This document shows positions 1 to 10,505 of a DNA stretch of 64,000 nt, piece by piece. The notes under the pieces are model-generated. The model worked only from the letters and a program-made list of their open reading frames with translations, made no database searches and was not told the origin of the DNA. Both the position numbers and the translations under genes were made by a program. Numbering within the stretch: position 1 is the first letter of the stretch; the number at the start of each line of letters is the position of its first letter. The DNA comes from an uncultured Candidatus Saccharibacteria bacterium (GTDB lineage Bacteria > Patescibacteriota > Minisyncoccia > Phycocordibacterales > PALSA-1337): NCBI GenBank assembly GCA_964600255.1, contig CAZRIX010000001.1, positions 43,948 to 107,947 of the forward strand. The letters run 5' to 3'.

Positions 1-38
1 TAATTAGTTGTGCCGTAATTCGAGCGGTAGTTAATAAA

Positions 39-980
39 ATGAGTAAGCTATTCCACAACATCATATTCAATATCCTAGGAGCTCTAATAGGGTTTGCCTT
101 TGGTGTTATAGCTTTACTATTTTTCCCCGCGCCACTTAGTAGCTATCCAGATTTTTTCTTTGTACTTTCAACTTCGATAATTGGAATAGTAACTAGCTTG
201 GCAATAATTTATTACACCAAGGACAAGCAAGCTATCGCAGAAGAGAAACTTAGAAATGAAGCAGTAGCATTGATTACTCATGAGATGAGAACTTCCCTCA
301 CAACGACTACATGGACTATTGATTACCTTCTACATAACTATTCAGATGTGATGAAAAGTGATGATAAGAAAATGCTAAATGACATAACAAAGTCTATCCA
401 CACTACCGTTATGCATACCGTAAATCTACTTGATGTGAGTTTGCTGGATGTTGGTAAGTTGGCTATATCACTAGAGTGGACAGATCTTGCGGATCTAGAA
501 GCAATGTTTAAAGAAATAGTCGATAAGTACAGCTTGGGAATGAAGAAGGACAATATCAAATTCGAAACGAGTATCAATCTCAACAAGAATATGAAAGTTG
601 AGGTTGATAAATTGAGATTGAGAATCATTATCGAGAATCTCATCGAGAATTCGATACAATACACCAAAGAATCTGGCAAAGAAATCACTCTAGATATATC
701 AAACGACGATCATAATCTAAAAATAAACATATCTGATAACGGCATAGGAATACCCGAAGATGAGAAGGCGTCCATATTTACTGAGTTCTATAGAGCAAGC
801 AATGCACGCGCAAAGCTAAGTAGTGGAAGTGGTATAGGTTTACATATGTGCGCACAATATGTAAAAGCTCATCACGGAACAATAGACTTTGAATCAGAAG
901 AAGGTGTGGGCACAAAGTTTTACGTAACTATCCCTCTCAAAACAACTGCGGATACTAGAGAATTTTTGAAGCAAATATAG
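39..980 (+). CDS. Sensor histidine kinase (2 TM, HisKA + HATPase_c)
   Basis: H-box THEMRTSL, N-box ENLIENSIQY, DNGIGI, GSGIGL, GTKF; no response regulator visible in the window. Confidence 0.9.
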   Translation: MSKLFHNIIFNILGALIGFAFGVIALLFFPAPLSSYPDFFFVLSTSIIGIVTSLAIIYYTKDKQAIAEEKLRNEAVALITHEMRTSLTTTTWTIDYLLHNYSDVMKSDDKKMLNDITKSIHTTVMHTVNLLDVSLLDVGKLAISLEWTDLADLEAMFKEIVDKYSLGMKKDNIKFETSINLNKNMKVEVDKLRLRIIIENLIENSIQYTKESGKEITLDISNDDHNLKINISDNGIGIPEDEKASIFTEFYRASNARAKLSSGSGIGLHMCAQYVKAHHGTIDFESEEGVGTKFYVTIPLKTTADTREFLKQI

Positions 981-1048
981 TTTTTCCAGACTAACAAACA
1001 CACTTATCCCACATTACCTAATTGTCGAATTATTGATATAATAACGAC

Positions 1049-1792
1049 ATGAAAGATCTGATTGTATTTGATTTAGATAACACCCTCGTTCCAAGCAAAA
1101 CTATTATGGACGATGAGATGGTCGGACTATTCACCGAGTTAATCAATAAAAAGAAAGTTGCTGTAATGTCAGGTGGAAGTTTGGAACAATTTAAGAAAGA
1201 ATTTATCAATTCCCTGCCAAGCACGGCGAATCTCTCAAACCTACTACTTTTTCCAACTGACGGGGCTGCTTTCTATAAATGGTCAGACTCAATAAAAGAT
1301 TGGGAGAAAGTATATCAAGAGACTCTGACGGTGGAACAAAAATCTAAAATTATAAGTGCTTTTGATGAAGTACTAAGTAGTATAAATTTTGATAGAGAAA
1401 ACATTAAAGGAAAATTGATCGAGGACAAAGACTCGGCAATGACCTTTTCTGCACTTGGACAAGATGCAGAACTTAAAATCAAAGAAGTTTGGGATCCTGA
1501 ACAGAAGAAAAGAGAGGAAATAAAATCTCTACTAGATCCGATTCTGACTGATTTTGAAGTACGAATAGCTGGAACAACATCAATTGATATAACCAAGAAG
1601 GGTCAGGATAAATCTTTTGGGATGCAAAAAATGATAGAATATACAGGAATCAAGGTAGAAAATATTGTTTATATAGGTGATTCCCTATTTGATGGTGGTA
1701 ACGATAATCCAGTAAAAAGTACTGGTGTAACAACGATCTCAGTTAGAAATCCAGAAGGTACTAAGGTTTTTATTAGACAAATAATTCAATAA
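1049..1792 (+). CDS. HAD-IIB hydrolase, phosphomannomutase-like
   Basis: FDLDNTL, SGG, GTTSIDIT, YIGDSLFDGGND motifs. Confidence 0.85.
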   Translation: MKDLIVFDLDNTLVPSKTIMDDEMVGLFTELINKKKVAVMSGGSLEQFKKEFINSLPSTANLSNLLLFPTDGAAFYKWSDSIKDWEKVYQETLTVEQKSKIISAFDEVLSSINFDRENIKGKLIEDKDSAMTFSALGQDAELKIKEVWDPEQKKREEIKSLLDPILTDFEVRIAGTTSIDITKKGQDKSFGMQKMIEYTGIKVENIVYIGDSLFDGGNDNPVKSTGVTTISVRNPEGTKVFIRQIIQ

Positions 1793-1795
1793 TAT

Positions 1796-2344
1796 ATGAT
1801 CAAACCATTCGCTGAACGAGGTCACGAGAAAATGAAAGAGGTGTTAATGAATCCGGAAGCTTCTGGTCCAGCTATACACTACTACATGATCCGTGGTGGA
1901 AGTGACAAGAGAAACATAACTGTATGGGAACCTGGCACTATTGGTGGTGAGTACATCAAAGCTTATGGACATTATCATATTGGTGATCTTGAGGAAGACT
2001 ATACTATTTTAGAAGGTGAAGGAATGATACTACTACAAAGCCCTATCGTAGATGGTAGTGTATCTAGTTTCAAGGCTATCCGCGTTAAAGCTGGTGACAC
2101 AATCCATATTCCAAAGAATACAGGACACCTAGCACTAAATACAGGCAAAACATGGCTTGTGACATCAGACAACAGTCCAGTAAATTTTGAAGAGAAGGAT
2201 CCTGTGAGTTTGCCTGGCCACGCGGATTATGAAGTCGTAAAGAGTATAGGAGGATTTGCATATTTTGTCATAGAGCAAGATGGCAAGCCGGCATTTATAA
2301 AAAATCCGAAGTATAACAAGGTCCCTCCAGTAGAATTAGTGTGA
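1796..2344 (+). CDS. Cupin-type (archaeal-like) glucose-6-phosphate isomerase
   Basis: PGTIGGEYIKAYGHYH, E..TILEGEG, GH..LNTG cupin PGI motifs; glycogen cluster context. Confidence 0.8.
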   Translation: MIKPFAERGHEKMKEVLMNPEASGPAIHYYMIRGGSDKRNITVWEPGTIGGEYIKAYGHYHIGDLEEDYTILEGEGMILLQSPIVDGSVSSFKAIRVKAGDTIHIPKNTGHLALNTGKTWLVTSDNSPVNFEEKDPVSLPGHADYEVVKSIGGFAYFVIEQDGKPAFIKNPKYNKVPPVELV

Positions 2345-2357
2345 TATAATTTAAAAA

Positions 2358-3884
2358 ATGACTGCCAATATTCAACTGATGCGTTTTATTAAAAGACAGA
2401 AAGGATTAAAAATCCTCTTTGTGGCAACAGAAGCAGCTCCTTTTGTAAAAGTTGGAGGTCTAGGTGAAGTATTATTTGCTTTACCAAAAGCTCTAAGAGA
2501 ACTTGGTCATGATGCCCGCGTACTCATACCCAAATATTCTAGTATCCCAGCAGACAAATTCTCATTCAAACCACTCATTGATGGGATCAACATTGAAGGC
2601 AATGTAACAGGTAGACCTATCGTATGCAACGTAAGAGTGCTGGATCAAAAACAAGATGAGCCTATACATAACTATTTCCTAGAAAATCAAGAGTATTTTG
2701 AACAGAGAGGAAGTGTATACGGATACGATGATGATGCTGCTAGATGGGCTGTTATGTGCCGCGGGGCTTTAGAATTCGTCCGCACAGAACAAAATGACTG
2801 GAAGCCAGACTTGATAGTAGCTTCAGATTGGCAAGGTGGACTTATACCCAACTTGATGAAAACTGAGTACAGAGATGATCCTGTAATTTCCAAAATCGCA
2901 GTAGTATTTTCAATACACAATTTACACTACCAGGGAATGTTCGATCATCACCACATTAACGAACTAGACTATGATGATGGTCAGTCTCCTGTTCCTCATG
3001 TCGGTGACCCTAGACTCTTCAAAGCTAACTTTATGCGAAGAGGTATACGTTATGCTGATATAGTAAATACAGTTTCTCCAAACTATGCTCGCGAGATAAC
3101 TACACCGGAGTACGGCGAACTGCTCAACAATATTCTACAGGAACGTCGAGCGAGAGTATTTGGTATTCTAAATGGTATCGATTATACAACCAACGATCCT
3201 ATGTCGAATCCACACGTAGAGTTCAAGTATGATTCAAAATCATTGAAAGAAAGAGAGAAAAATAAACTTTTCCTACAGAGAAAATTCAATCTTGAAGAGA
3301 ATGTAGATATACCAATTTTCGCTATTGTTTCAAGACTTAGTGGACAAAAGGGTCTAGATTTATTGGCCGACACAATAGAACCACTACTGAATAACTACAA
3401 GATGCAACTTATAGTTCTTGGAACTGGAGAATCTAGATACCTTTCATTGTTTGACGATTTGGACAAGAGATATCCGCAGGTTGGAACACATCTTTCATTC
3501 GACCGAGCACTTCCCCACACTATTTATGCAGGCGCAGATGTGATAATGGTACCATCAAAGTTTGAGCCGTCAGGACTAACACAAATGGAAGCTATGAGAT
3601 ACGGTGCATTACCACTCGTTCGCAAAACTGGTGGACTAGCAGACAGTGTTGAAGCGTATTGCCCTATCAACAAAACAGGAACAGGATTCGTATTTGATAA
3701 CTATGACAAGTTTGCATTCTTTGGTGCCGTCGTTCAGGCAATAGAGACTTTCAAACATAAGGACGATTGGTTGGCTATCCAGAAACGCGCTATGGCATCC
3801 AATTTCTCATGGGAGAAGTCAGCAAAGGAATATGTGAATCTATTTAAAAAAGCAATTAATTTTAATAACGAGTATAAAGAATAA
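2358..3884 (+). CDS. glgA: Glycogen synthase (GT5)
   Basis: KVGGLGEV, IHNLHYQG, PSKFEPSGLTQMEAMRYG, RKTGGLAD. Confidence 0.95.
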   Translation: MTANIQLMRFIKRQKGLKILFVATEAAPFVKVGGLGEVLFALPKALRELGHDARVLIPKYSSIPADKFSFKPLIDGINIEGNVTGRPIVCNVRVLDQKQDEPIHNYFLENQEYFEQRGSVYGYDDDAARWAVMCRGALEFVRTEQNDWKPDLIVASDWQGGLIPNLMKTEYRDDPVISKIAVVFSIHNLHYQGMFDHHHINELDYDDGQSPVPHVGDPRLFKANFMRRGIRYADIVNTVSPNYAREITTPEYGELLNNILQERRARVFGILNGIDYTTNDPMSNPHVEFKYDSKSLKEREKNKLFLQRKFNLEENVDIPIFAIVSRLSGQKGLDLLADTIEPLLNNYKMQLIVLGTGESRYLSLFDDLDKRYPQVGTHLSFDRALPHTIYAGADVIMVPSKFEPSGLTQMEAMRYGALPLVRKTGGLADSVEAYCPINKTGTGFVFDNYDKFAFFGAVVQAIETFKHKDDWLAIQKRAMASNFSWEKSAKEYVNLFKKAINFNNEYKE

Positions 3885-3888
3885 ATAA

Positions 3889-5382
3889 ATGTACTGGGCA
3901 AACTTTCTTCACATATATCAGCCAGCAAACCAGAGGAAGGATGTAATAGAAGCTGTTATTGCACAGTGTTACCGTCCACTACTTAAACATATACAAAAAT
4001 CCAAGCATGTAAGACTGACTTTGAATATAAATGCATCACTAGTTGAGCAATTCTACGAACATGGTCATCATGATCTCATCGAAATTCTAAAGGAAGTTGG
4101 ACTCGAAGGTAGAGTCGAGTTTACAAGTTCTGCAAAGTACCACGCATTTCTACCCCTGCTATCTGAAGATGAGATAGTACGTCAGATAAGGATGAATGAT
4201 GAGACAAACAAAAAGTATCTAGGTGACGCCTACAAGCCTGTAGGTTTCTTTTCACCTGAAATGGGATACTCTGAGAAACTACCGGCAATAATAGAAGCCT
4301 TGGGATACAAATGGATGATACTGGATGAAATCTCTGCATTCGGAGAGACTGAAAAGGTTGATCATGCAAAGATCTATAAAATAAAGAATACAAATGTTAA
4401 TGCTTTTTTCAGAGAAAGAAGAATAAGTAACTTAATAATGAGTGCCGTAGTTCGTTCTAGAGAGACACTTATAGAGGCAATGAAAGATGATTTGAAAACA
4501 AATAGGTACTTGATAACAGCGATGGATGGAGAGACATTCGGTCATCACAGGCCTGGCTTGGAGAAAATGCTATTTAAAGTATTTGATACACCAGAGTTCA
4601 ACTTGGTTACAATTTCAGATCTACAAAAACACTATCACGATATTGTAGAAATAGTTCCTGTAAAATCAACATGGGCAAGCAGTAAGCAAGATATTGATAG
4701 AGGTGTTCAGTTTCTATCATGGCATGACCCCTCAAACATCATCCATAGCTGGCAGTGGCAACTTATAAATCTAGTGGGGGCTCAGGTTAAAAAAGTTGAT
4801 ACGAAGGACCCAAAATACGAAGAAATCAGAAAGAAAATGGATCGTGCGCTAGCAAGCGATCATCTATGGTGGGCATCAGCGAAGCCTTGGTGGAGTGTTG
4901 AAATGATAGAGGATGGAGCGTTCAGATTGATAGAGACAATACGACTCATTCCAGGAGTAAGCGATACCGACCTAAGTGCTGCAAGTAAGCTATATGAGAA
5001 TATAGTATCGACCGCTTTTGATTGGCAGCGTTCAGGAAAAATATACCAGATGATGCAAGAACAGAATTCAATACTCAGAATTCCCTTCTTAGAAAGGACA
5101 GTTGGTAAAGGTGGTGCTGAGGTTGGTGTATATCATGCAATTATAAGTCTTATGAAAGGTCTCGAGGAGAAAGCAATAGAAAAGCGTGAATACGAGCAAG
5201 CAATACTTTGGAGAGATGCGATGTACAAACTAGAAAACAAGCTCGATATATACGATACAGTAAACGCAATTGACCTAATGAGAACCCATATTCCGAATGA
5301 TGAAGTTGAGAAGGTTATCGAAATGTACAAGGAAAAGTATAGAGAAATACGAGGTGGTCAAGTTGAACAAAGGGGATCATAA
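3889..5382 (+). CDS. Glycoside hydrolase family 57 protein
   Basis: HIYQP, GFFSPEM (nucleophile E), AMDGETFGHH, ASDHLWW. Confidence 0.9.
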   Translation: MYWANFLHIYQPANQRKDVIEAVIAQCYRPLLKHIQKSKHVRLTLNINASLVEQFYEHGHHDLIEILKEVGLEGRVEFTSSAKYHAFLPLLSEDEIVRQIRMNDETNKKYLGDAYKPVGFFSPEMGYSEKLPAIIEALGYKWMILDEISAFGETEKVDHAKIYKIKNTNVNAFFRERRISNLIMSAVVRSRETLIEAMKDDLKTNRYLITAMDGETFGHHRPGLEKMLFKVFDTPEFNLVTISDLQKHYHDIVEIVPVKSTWASSKQDIDRGVQFLSWHDPSNIIHSWQWQLINLVGAQVKKVDTKDPKYEEIRKKMDRALASDHLWWASAKPWWSVEMIEDGAFRLIETIRLIPGVSDTDLSAASKLYENIVSTAFDWQRSGKIYQMMQEQNSILRIPFLERTVGKGGAEVGVYHAIISLMKGLEEKAIEKREYEQAILWRDAMYKLENKLDIYDTVNAIDLMRTHIPNDEVEKVIEMYKEKYREIRGGQVEQRGS

Positions 5383-5421
5383 TACAATTATTTAATTTTA
5401 AATAAATTCACTCACAAGCAA

Positions 5422-7038
5422 ATGTGGTTAGACAAATTCAAGAAACCAGAAAACTATAAAGGATTTAGAAAGGAACCAGTAGCGTATTTTTGTGCTGAGT
5501 ATGCCCTCTTTGACCATACACCACTTTATGCAGGTGGACTTGGTATTCTAGCTGGAGACTATGTAAAAGAAATGGTAAAAGAAAACATGCCTGCCGTAGC
5601 GGTAGGCCTTTATTACCACAAAGAACATGAACACGGGCTTGATTTGAATAGAGAAAAAAAGACACCTACAGATCTGGGATTGAACTTAGTGAAAGATTCA
5701 AATGGGAATGTAGTCAAAATACCCATCCTACTCGGTGAAAGAACCGTCTATGTTCAAGTATGGAGCTGGAAAAAGAGTGAGTTGAACCTATACCTTCTGG
5801 ATACTCAAGTCGCTGAAAATAGTCCTATTGATTGGGATATTTGTGACTATCTATACGTGGAAGATAGAAATATCAGACTTAGACAAGAAATTATTCTAGG
5901 TATAGCCGGAGTTAGACTGCTTAAAGTTTTGGATATCAGACCATCAGTTTTTCATATGAATGAAGGTCATTCAGCTTTTCTAGCGTTTGAATTGATACGA
6001 CATGAGATGAAGAGTAGGAATATTGATTTCAAGACTGCGGTAAACTTTGCAAAACAGCGCATTGTTTTTACAAACCATACACTAGTTCCTGCTGGTCACG
6101 AATTGTTCAATATTGACACCATAAAAGATGTGGCGGCTGGATTTGCCAAAGATCTTGGGATTGATATAAACGAACTAGTTCAACTAGGATTCAATAGTGA
6201 GACAAATATGTTCTCTATGACGGAATTGGCTTTGACACTATCTACTAAGGTAAATGCAGTGAGTAAATTACATGCAGTTAAAGCGAAAGAAGTTTGGAAA
6301 TCTCATGAAGTGGAAGTAGTTACTAATGGTATATACGTAGATGATTGGGATCAATTGAAACACTATAGCCACAAGGAACTGAAGAGAAAACTGATAGATC
6401 ATGTTAATACAAATTGCGGAGTAAACTTCAGTGAAGATATATTAACACTTGGTTGGGCTAGGAGATTCGTCGATTACAAGAGACCTTTAGCGATTCTAGG
6501 AGACGTTGAGAGACTAAAGAAACTAGGGAAAGTTCAGATTGTATTTTCTAGTGCAATAAATTCTACATATTCCGAGGAGAATGAATACTATAAAGAACTT
6601 TTAAAGCTAAGCGAAAACGAACTTAAAGGTATGGTAGCTATTATTCCAGACTACGACATACATGTTGCAAAACTGATGACTTCTGGTTGTGACGTATGGC
6701 TCAATACTCCAATAGTTGGCCGCGAAGCTTGTGGTACAAGTGGAATGAAGGCCTGCCTAAATGGTGTACTACCCCTATCAACAAGTGATGGATGGGTTGA
6801 TGAAGTTGATCTAACTGATATTGGTTGGAAGGTAGAGGATGGAGAGATAACAAAAAACCTACTAGATGCATTAGAAAAAGAGGTTATACCTGAGTACTAT
6901 AACAATCAGGAAAGTTGGACAAGGAGAATGCGTAAGTCTAGAGAATTAATCGTGCGTGGCTTTGGAATGAATAGAGCCCTAAAGGAATATATCAACAATA
7001 TATACTTGCCAATATACAATACTAGGAAAAATAACTAG
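5422..7038 (+). CDS. glgP: Alpha-glucan phosphorylase (short form)
   Basis: YAGGLGILAGD, HMNEGH, ARRFVDYKR, EACGTSGMKA (PLP lysine). Confidence 0.93.
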   Translation: MWLDKFKKPENYKGFRKEPVAYFCAEYALFDHTPLYAGGLGILAGDYVKEMVKENMPAVAVGLYYHKEHEHGLDLNREKKTPTDLGLNLVKDSNGNVVKIPILLGERTVYVQVWSWKKSELNLYLLDTQVAENSPIDWDICDYLYVEDRNIRLRQEIILGIAGVRLLKVLDIRPSVFHMNEGHSAFLAFELIRHEMKSRNIDFKTAVNFAKQRIVFTNHTLVPAGHELFNIDTIKDVAAGFAKDLGIDINELVQLGFNSETNMFSMTELALTLSTKVNAVSKLHAVKAKEVWKSHEVEVVTNGIYVDDWDQLKHYSHKELKRKLIDHVNTNCGVNFSEDILTLGWARRFVDYKRPLAILGDVERLKKLGKVQIVFSSAINSTYSEENEYYKELLKLSENELKGMVAIIPDYDIHVAKLMTSGCDVWLNTPIVGREACGTSGMKACLNGVLPLSTSDGWVDEVDLTDIGWKVEDGEITKNLLDALEKEVIPEYYNNQESWTRRMRKSRELIVRGFGMNRALKEYINNIYLPIYNTRKNN

Positions 7039-8012
7039 CGTGAGTCGCCGACTTTGTCGATAAACTGACCTAATAGCTTTTCAGTATTAATCTCCCTCTC
7101 ACCAAAATCAGAACGTAGTATTATTACCGCTATTGGATAGCGTTTGTTACCGATCTTTTTGTCGAAAAGTGTAACCATAGCTTCTTTTGCCTCATTTGTT
7201 CTACCAGTCTTCCCTCCTATAAATTCAGGATATGTTACAAACGGATTGATATTTATCAGACTATTTGATCCATGAGTGGTCGTTGTTGCAATATCAATTT
7301 GCTGAACCCTAGAAATCCTGAGTATATCCGGCTCTGAGCGATATAAGTATTTTGCTAATATAAACAAATCATTTGCATTCGAGATATTTCCAGAACTTAA
7401 TCCTGATGGATCCTTGAATGACGTATTACTCATACCAATTTCCTGAGCGAAAGCATTCATACTTTCGATAAATTTATCGTAACCATATGAGTAAGCAAAG
7501 GCTTCTGCCGCATCATTACTCGAAACTAGAAGCAGACTGTGCAGTAGTTCACCTATATTGTATCTCTCATCAAGTTTAAGTCCCCCAGAATCACCGTAGG
7601 CATCTAGCATTGGTTGGGTTATAGCGATACTAATATTTGGATCGAGAATGTGCTTTACCACAAGAGATGTATACAATTTACTAACTGATGCTATTGGAAA
7701 GACTTTACTTGGATTGTACTGTAGGTATCTCTCACCGGTTTCTAGATTGGCCACAAGGTATGACTCTGCCGTTATATATGGTTTTATTACAATTTTTGCC
7801 GGCTCTTTGATTTCTGTCTTTTTAGCAGTAATAGGCTGCTCATGATCATCTAAAAGAATGCTTGAGTCCAGCCTATTATTTAAAGTGCCGACTGGTCTAT
7901 CCAGCTGCACGGCTCGGTTTAGTTCAGGTAATCGAGAATTGATATCCTTGACCGAAGCGACAATCAATACCAAAACTATACAGAAAATTAAAAGGTATTT
8001 ATTGCTATTCAT
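7035..8012 (-). CDS. D-alanyl-D-alanine carboxypeptidase (peptidase S11)
   Basis: SxxK (ASVSK), SxN (SSNDAA), KTG motifs; N-terminal TM. Confidence 0.9.
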   Translation of the reverse strand: MNSNKYLLIFCIVLVLIVASVKDINSRLPELNRAVQLDRPVGTLNNRLDSSILLDDHEQPITAKKTEIKEPAKIVIKPYITAESYLVANLETGERYLQYNPSKVFPIASVSKLYTSLVVKHILDPNISIAITQPMLDAYGDSGGLKLDERYNIGELLHSLLLVSSNDAAEAFAYSYGYDKFIESMNAFAQEIGMSNTSFKDPSGLSSGNISNANDLFILAKYLYRSEPDILRISRVQQIDIATTTTHGSNSLININPFVTYPEFIGGKTGRTNEAKEAMVTLFDKKIGNKRYPIAVIILRSDFGEREINTEKLLGQFIDKVGDSR

Positions 8013-8052
8013 TTAATACATTATACATCATATTTGCATATGAAGTCTGCCC

Positions 8053-8595
8053 CTACCTTGTAGCTTCGATGTTGGGAGTTATTTCACCCGTAGCACTAAC
8101 TACGATACGTCCGTTGGTATCCTTTGATATCAAATACTTTGTATCATAATCAGTAACTGATGTGAATTTGGCTCCAGTAGCTGTTGGATCAAAAGGTAGG
8201 CTCGATATGTATGTTGGAATCAAACATGAAGCGATATCAACACCCTGAGTCGTATCACTACTTATTACCTTTGGTGTACTTGGTATAACAACGGGACAGT
8301 TGAACACTCCGCGATTCTCGGCCATGTTCTGTCCAACGGCATTTAGGATTGCTGTCACATTACTAACCCTTTGTGAATCGTGTGCTAGCTTGAATTGACG
8401 TGATGGATTGATCGCTACTAGAACTATTGCAGATAGTACGGCAATGATACCTATTACCACCAATATTTCGATCAGAGTAAAACCGGAATTAGTTCTGAGA
8501 CTGCCTGACTTACGCGTCACAACAGGATCTCCAGCCCCAACCTTACTCCTTGCATTACTCACACCACCCCTCATTATTTTAATTTTATTATTCAT
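8053..8595 (-). CDS. Type IV pilin with a long leader peptide
   Basis: G|FTLIEILVVIGIIAVL prepilin motif; start moved to ATG 8595 (MNNKIK); a later ATG is possible. Confidence 0.85.
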   Translation of the reverse strand: MNNKIKIMRGGVSNARSKVGAGDPVVTRKSGSLRTNSGFTLIEILVVIGIIAVLSAIVLVAINPSRQFKLAHDSQRVSNVTAILNAVGQNMAENRGVFNCPVVIPSTPKVISSDTTQGVDIASCLIPTYISSLPFDPTATGAKFTSVTDYDTKYLISKDTNGRIVVSATGEITPNIEATR

Positions 8596-8687
8596 TGTTT
8601 CTTGTATTATTAATAATATGTAAATCTTACACAAAACTAATTAAGGATCTTTAAATTAAAGATTAAAAAGTTATGAATTTTTTATAA

Positions 8688-9056
8688 CTAATTTACTATT
8701 TCCAAATAGCTATCAAAAAGCCTGACTTGTGAAGTCATCTTTACGTCTATATTCATATAATTCCCAGTCACATCAATAGTTACCACGCCATTTTTCTCAT
8801 CAACGCGATCAATACTACAATCAAAGTCAACCATCTGAGTTGATGTCGATACTCTATAGTAGAAATCATATGACAAGTTCAATATCGCTTGATCTATACA
8901 CGAAAGAGCATTGTAGTGATTCATGAGCCTATATTCCTTTGTCCTAGTTTGATCAAAGAAATGAGCTATTGCTATTGTTTTACTAAAAGACAAAGCCAGA
9001 AGTAGACCAGTTACAGTAATTACCAGTGTTATAGATATGAATCCTTTATTATTCAT
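8688..9056 (-). CDS. Minor pilin-like protein (PilX/ComGG-like)
   Basis: KG|FISITLVITV class III signal lacking E5; position in cluster. Confidence 0.65.
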   Translation of the reverse strand: MNNKGFISITLVITVTGLLLALSFSKTIAIAHFFDQTRTKEYRLMNHYNALSCIDQAILNLSYDFYYRVSTSTQMVDFDCSIDRVDEKNGVVTIDVTGNYMNIDVKMTSQVRLFDSYLEIVN

Positions 9057-9216
9057 GATAGTTTTTTATTAATTTTTCATAGTCAGCATCTGTAAAGTCT
9101 GAATGATTGGTTCCTGACCTAACATAGCTGAGAACAAGTGAAAACACTCCAGTCATGAGCACTGACACCAGAGAGATATAGACTATGAGTTCAAGTATAG
9201 AAAAGCCTTTTTTCAT
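9049..9216 (-). CDS. 55-aa micro-pilin (absent from ORF track)
   Basis: Hand translation MKKG|FSILELIVYISLVSVLMTGVFSLVLSYVRSGTNHSDFTDADYEKLIKNYHE*; stop overlaps next start. Confidence 0.8.
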   Translation of the reverse strand: MKKGFSILELIVYISLVSVLMTGVFSLVLSYVRSGTNHSDFTDADYEKLIKNYHE

Positions 9217-9217
9217 A

Positions 9218-10483
9218 TTATTTTAAATCGATCATTAAGAAACCTTTCATATCTCCAGTAGCAAAATATAATCTTGAATTGTCACACGTCATTTTTACAA
9301 CCGATCCAACTAGCGGATAGCTTTGTTTCAGATTTAATAGACTAGGATCATACACTTGTAGTTCCTTACCAGTTGCATGAGTTAATAAAAGCAAATCACT
9401 TGGAGTCTGTATAATCCCATACACACCACCAGGAATATCTTTTGAGATAGTCGAGGTACCGAATACAAATACTTCGTGGTTACTTGTAACGTTAAAGCCA
9501 CCGACCGTTCTACCCAACATCAATCTATCCTCAAACATATTGATTGTTTTACCCTCCTGAGTCTGCCATCCGCTCGATGTAAATGAGTCTATTAGTCTAG
9601 GCTGTGATTTATCTTTTACATCAAGTACTCTCATCTGCATTTCGTCTGATGTAGCCAAATAGACCTTATCACCGGTGGCGTATATATCATTTACCAAGGT
9701 ACCAGTCTCATAGCTTCCAACCACAAATGGAAACTTTTTATCCGAGACATTTATAATATTTAACTCTGGACCATTCCATTTTGTCGTACCGAGATATATA
9801 TGGTTTCTATAATAGAAAATTGACGTAGCGATAGGTGGCGTGGTGGTTGGTGTTGGTAAAGGTAATCTCAACTGAGATATAAGTTTTGGATTGGTACGGT
9901 CGCTAATATCAACTATCTGCAACTGATTGGCTGTACTCGCCTGCGCAACAAACATATACGGTCCAGCAACTTCAAGTGACTTTATACCTGGACCAGTATG
10001 CAGTGACGACAGTATTCTTGGTATGTCCGCATCTGAATTATCAACTATATACAAATCCGGCAGGGATACATTACTTGAATCAGTTGATAGATATACGACA
10101 TCGTTTCTTGCCTCTATGTCTGAACTATAGTTACCCACTCCCGTATTTATACCAGTTGTGTATTCCCTTAACTGGCTGGGGTCGAAACTGAGTCTGGGAT
10201 AGCAAGCACCTCTTCCCCATGCATCAGTGTAGTTTGAGTGTGCAAGAGTAAAGATCTCATTAGAATATCTCATAGTACTATTACCATACATTGTTGAACT
10301 GGCGTATATACCGCGATCAAAGTCACGGACTAATAACTCCATTCGGTCTAACTCATTTAATGACCAAATCTTTAACCTTTGCATAGATAGATCAAGACTA
10401 AATATTGATATGGTAAAAATGGTAAAGATTGAAAATGCCAACATTACTTCAACAATCATAAACCCGCGATTTCTTATCTTCAT
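9218..10483 (-). CDS. Pilin-signal protein with LVIVD-type beta-propeller
   Basis: RG|FMIVEV; repeated LYIVD/LQIVDISD/LNIINVSD/RVLDVKD..P motifs; start ATG 10483. Confidence 0.75.
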   Translation of the reverse strand: MKIRNRGFMIVEVMLAFSIFTIFTISIFSLDLSMQRLKIWSLNELDRMELLVRDFDRGIYASSTMYGNSTMRYSNEIFTLAHSNYTDAWGRGACYPRLSFDPSQLREYTTGINTGVGNYSSDIEARNDVVYLSTDSSNVSLPDLYIVDNSDADIPRILSSLHTGPGIKSLEVAGPYMFVAQASTANQLQIVDISDRTNPKLISQLRLPLPTPTTTPPIATSIFYYRNHIYLGTTKWNGPELNIINVSDKKFPFVVGSYETGTLVNDIYATGDKVYLATSDEMQMRVLDVKDKSQPRLIDSFTSSGWQTQEGKTINMFEDRLMLGRTVGGFNVTSNHEVFVFGTSTISKDIPGGVYGIIQTPSDLLLLTHATGKELQVYDPSLLNLKQSYPLVGSVVKMTCDNSRLYFATGDMKGFLMIDLK

Positions 10484-10505
10484 TTTACTTCCACTTACTT
10501 TCACA

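Noticed and set aside
8635-8670. TTAA repeats upstream of the pilin gene (and near 12700-12735) as response-regulator boxes
   Set aside because: Spacing is inconsistent between the two sites and the region is extremely AT-rich, so this cannot be told from chance.
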